A stretch of 61,325 nt of DNA, the filler included. It is 4 parts of 4 records of this genome, joined end to end, with 100 filler letters (N's around TTAATTAATTAA, not from the genome) between each part and the next. Parts side by side here need not be neighbours in the genome. Positions count along the whole stretch, not along the records: positions 51,728 to 61,325 come from DRR723986_4981; 3 more parts are not named here. One strand, 5' to 3'. The translations under genes and the position numbers were made by a program. Below the pieces are notes generated by a model. The model was given only the letters and a program-made list of their open reading frames with translations, was not told the DNA's origin and ran no database searches. Of the stretch, positions 58,917 to 61,325 are shown one piece after another (positions within the stretch are counted from its first letter, which is position 1; every line of letters starts with the position of its first letter).

Positions 58917-60059
58917 ATGCGCTACAGCCTGATTGATGCCACCGTGCTGGCCCCCGCCGGGCCGGGGCCGGGTGCTGTGCATGTCTGCAACGGCACGATC
59001 TGCGCCAGCCCCCCCGCCCAAGCCGCGCGCATATCGCTGCCGGGCTGCACGGTTTTGCCCGGCATCATCGATGCCCATGGCGATGGTTTCGAGCGGCACA
59101 TGGCCCCCCGCCGTGGCGCGATGCGCGATTTGGGCCAGGGCCTATCGGCCACCGAGGCAGAGCTGGCCGCCAATGGCATCACCACCGCCATGCTGGCCCA
59201 GTTCTGGAGCTGGGAGGGCGGCATGCGCGCCCCCGAATTTGCCCAGCGCCTGCTTGCCGCCCACCAGGCCTATGCCAGCCGCGGCACAGATATGCGTATT
59301 CAACTGCGCTTTGAAACCCATTTGCTGGATGATTACCAAAGCTTTGCCGATGCCGTGCAGGCCTATGGCGTGGGCCAGGTTGTGTTCAACGATCACCTGC
59401 CCCATGCCGCGCTGGCCGCCGGAAAGCGCCCCCCCCGCCTGACGGGACAAGCCCTGAAAAGCGGCCGCAGCCCCGAGGCGCATTTGGCCCTGCTGCAGGC
59501 GCTTTCTGCCCAATCGGCCCGCGTGCCCGCCCAATTGGCCCAGCTGGCCGCCCGCCTGTCAGCGGCTGGGGTGATTTTGGGCAGCCATGATGATGCCAGC
59601 CCCCAGCGCAGGGCAGAATGGCGCGCCATGGGCGTGCACCTGTGCGAGTTTCCCGAAACCCACGCCGCCGCCCTGGCCGCGCGGCAGGGGGGCGATGGCA
59701 TCGTTTTGGGCGCCCCCAATGTGGTGCGGGGCGGGTCGCATTCCGGCAATGTGGCGGCACAAGATCTGGCCGAGGCAGGCCTGTGCGATGCGCTGGCGTC
59801 AGATTATCATTACCCCGCGCCGCGGCAGGCCGCGCTGCACCTGGCGCCCAAATTGGGGTTGGCGGCGGCTTGGGGCCTGGTTTCGGCCGGGCCTGCACGG
59901 CTGCTTGGGCTGCGTGACCGCGGGCAAATTGCGCCGGGCTTACGCGCCGATCTGGTGGTGCTGGATGCGCGCGGCGATGTCTGCCTGACCATCGCAGCCG
60001 GCCTGCCCACCTATGCCACCGGCCAAGCTGCGGCAGCCCTTTTGGCGGCGCGGGATTAA
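58917..60059 (+). CDS. phnM: PhnM-like amidohydrolase (ribose-1-methylphosphonate 5-triphosphate diphosphatase family)
   Basis: LPGIIDAHGD.FERH..PR, NDH, SHDD, EFP, GAPNVVRGGSHSGN, LASDY, GLRADLV. Confidence 0.75.
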   Translation: MRYSLIDATVLAPAGPGPGAVHVCNGTICASPPAQAARISLPGCTVLPGIIDAHGDGFERHMAPRRGAMRDLGQGLSATEAELAANGITTAMLAQFWSWEGGMRAPEFAQRLLAAHQAYASRGTDMRIQLRFETHLLDDYQSFADAVQAYGVGQVVFNDHLPHAALAAGKRPPRLTGQALKSGRSPEAHLALLQALSAQSARVPAQLAQLAARLSAAGVILGSHDDASPQRRAEWRAMGVHLCEFPETHAAALAARQGGDGIVLGAPNVVRGGSHSGNVAAQDLAEAGLCDALASDYHYPAPRQAALHLAPKLGLAAAWGLVSAGPARLLGLRDRGQIAPGLRADLVVLDARGDVCLTIAAGLPTYATGQAAAALLAARD

Positions 60060-60781
60060 ACCCAGCACAAAACCTCGTCCAGGCCTGCGCGCGCGGTGCG
60101 AAACCCGTTGATTGGGTGGCTTTCATCGGCATAGCCAAAGGAAATGGCGCAGAGCACCAGCCGCGTGTCGGGCAGGTTGAAATGTGCCCGCACCGCTGGC
60201 GCATAGGCGGCAATGGCGGCTTGCGGCACGCAGGCAACGCCTGCGGCCTGGGCAGCCAGGGTGAAGGCTGCGACAAACCCGCCGGTATCCATGGCGCCAT
60301 AGCCGCCCAGATCTGCCTCAGAGGTAATCACCGCCACATGGGGGGCGCCGAAAAAGCGGTAATTTTCCAGCATCTGCGCGGCCCGCGCGGCCTTGTCTTC
60401 GCGCGCGATGCCCACCGCGTCGTATAATTGAAAGCCACAGTCACGGCGGCGCTGTTGGTAGGCGCCGGTATAGGCGGCAGGCCATGCGATATCGGGCTGG
60501 GGTGGGGTTGTGCCCACTTGCGCCAACAACATCTGCGAAAACGCCTGGGTTTGGGCAGGCCGTGTTACATGCACCTGCCATGGCTGGGCATTGCACCAGC
60601 TGGGCACGCGCCCCGCCACCCGCACGATTTCGGCCACCACCTGATCGGGCACTGCATCGGGCAGAAAGGCGCGCGCGCTGTAGCGGCTGTGCAAGATGCG
60701 CGACAGGGCGGCGAAATCATCGCCCAAATCTGGGGTTTGGACCGGGTTCTGGGGCGGGGTTTGGGGGCTGTTTGCGGTCAT
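60056..60781 (-). CDS. Nitroreductase-family protein
   Basis: RYSARAFL, PSWCNAQPW, NYRFFGAPH, CAISFGYAD..HPINGFRT.RA. Confidence 0.9.
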   Translation of the reverse strand: MTANSPQTPPQNPVQTPDLGDDFAALSRILHSRYSARAFLPDAVPDQVVAEIVRVAGRVPSWCNAQPWQVHVTRPAQTQAFSQMLLAQVGTTPPQPDIAWPAAYTGAYQQRRRDCGFQLYDAVGIAREDKAARAAQMLENYRFFGAPHVAVITSEADLGGYGAMDTGGFVAAFTLAAQAAGVACVPQAAIAAYAPAVRAHFNLPDTRLVLCAISFGYADESHPINGFRTARAGLDEVLCWV

Positions 60782-60856
60782 CTAAGGCGCTTTCACTCAG
60801 GGCGTGTTGGGCCCAAGGTATCAAGCCCTGCCCAAAGGTCCAGATGGCTGCGGCCC

Positions 60857-61325
60857 CTAGCCGCCCTGCGCCACGCCATAGCCAATCGCCGCCGCCGCAA
60901 CAGCCCCAAGACACAGCGCAAAGGCCAGTTTCCAGATCGACCAAGGGCGCTGCCCCTGCACCCGGCCACTGTGGCCATTCACCACGAATTGATAGGTTTT
61001 TCCGCGATATTGATAGGCCGCCACCCAAACCGGCAGCAAAATATGCTTGAATGTCACATCCGACAGGCGGGTATCGACGTGATCGATCTGTTGGCGGTCG
61101 CCGCCAATATCAAAGCGGATGTCACGGGCAATGACAGCGGCCATGTCTTGGCGCGCTTGCTGAAACGCGGCATCCAGCGGCACTGTATAGGCCTCGGCGC
61201 GAAAGCCTGCCAGATAGTGCGGCTGATAGGGCTGCAGGCCCGACAGATCCCAGGGCGCCAGCCCTTGCATATGCCCCGCAGGCAAGCCCCCCGAGGCCAG
61301 CACCAGCACATCATCAAAAAACCGC
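60857..61325 (-). CDS. Conserved membrane-anchored protein, C-terminal part (often annotated TFIIB-type Zn-ribbon or primosomal N'-like); 5' truncated
   Basis: FFDDVLVLAS, PWDL..L.PY...YLAGF.AE.Y, DIGGDRQ, FKHILLPVW..AY.Y..K.Y..VVNG.SG.V.G.RP.S, C-terminal TM. Confidence 0.7.
   Translation of the reverse strand, partial: RFFDDVLVLASGGLPAGHMQGLAPWDLSGLQPYQPHYLAGFRAEAYTVPLDAAFQQARQDMAAVIARDIRFDIGGDRQQIDHVDTRLSDVTFKHILLPVWVAAYQYRGKTYQFVVNGHSGRVQGQRPWSIWKLAFALCLGAVAAAAIGYGVAQGG

Noticed and set aside
53552-61317. Many overlapping Pro/Arg/Ala-rich ORFs in contig 4
   Set aside because: Typical stop-poor alternative frames of high-GC sequence.

Overview
The window is not one locus. It is four unrelated contigs joined by 100-nt artificial spacers (N44-TTAATTAATTAA-N44 at 14440-14539, 25215-25314 and 51628-51727). 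Contig 1 (1-14439, Rhodobacteraceae-like) is a BetI-type-regulated catabolic cluster: a TmoX-related betaine-family ABC importer co-transcribed with a cytoplasmic BisC/DMSO-reductase-family molybdoenzyme (missing from the ORF track), plus a GMC dehydrogenase, DmdA/GcvT-like demethylase, mandelate-racemase-type enolase, esterase and malonyl-CoA decarboxylase. Contig 2 (14540-25214, gammaproteobacterial) holds housekeeping genes (sulfite reductase/DUF934, etfAB, ETF-QO, serA, PPTase) and an unlisted 39-aa membrane peptide. Contig 3 (25315-51627, probably alphaproteobacterial) contains the end of a genomic island, marked by a tRNA-Gln 3' fragment and 12-bp-phased repeats. The island carries Cu/Ag-resistance cargo: copA, cusCBA/F, two 3-Cys MerR regulators, five MerR-type operators, two DUF2231-His-rich-NTF2 fusion paralogs, ppk2 and a TonB receptor. 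Contig 4 (51728-61325, high-GC Rhodobacteraceae) is core genome (nth, ada, ompA-like, tesB, phnM-like). Best candidates for new biology: (i) two Cys-rich leader ORFs ending in Pro-Pro whose 3' ends can base-pair with the ribosome-binding site of the downstream cusC-like and TonB-receptor genes, a putative metal-sensing ribosome-stalling switch; (ii) the orphan onium/N-oxide/S-oxide catabolic cluster of contig 1. All calls come from manual motif reading; no database searches were run, and taxonomic labels are impressions.
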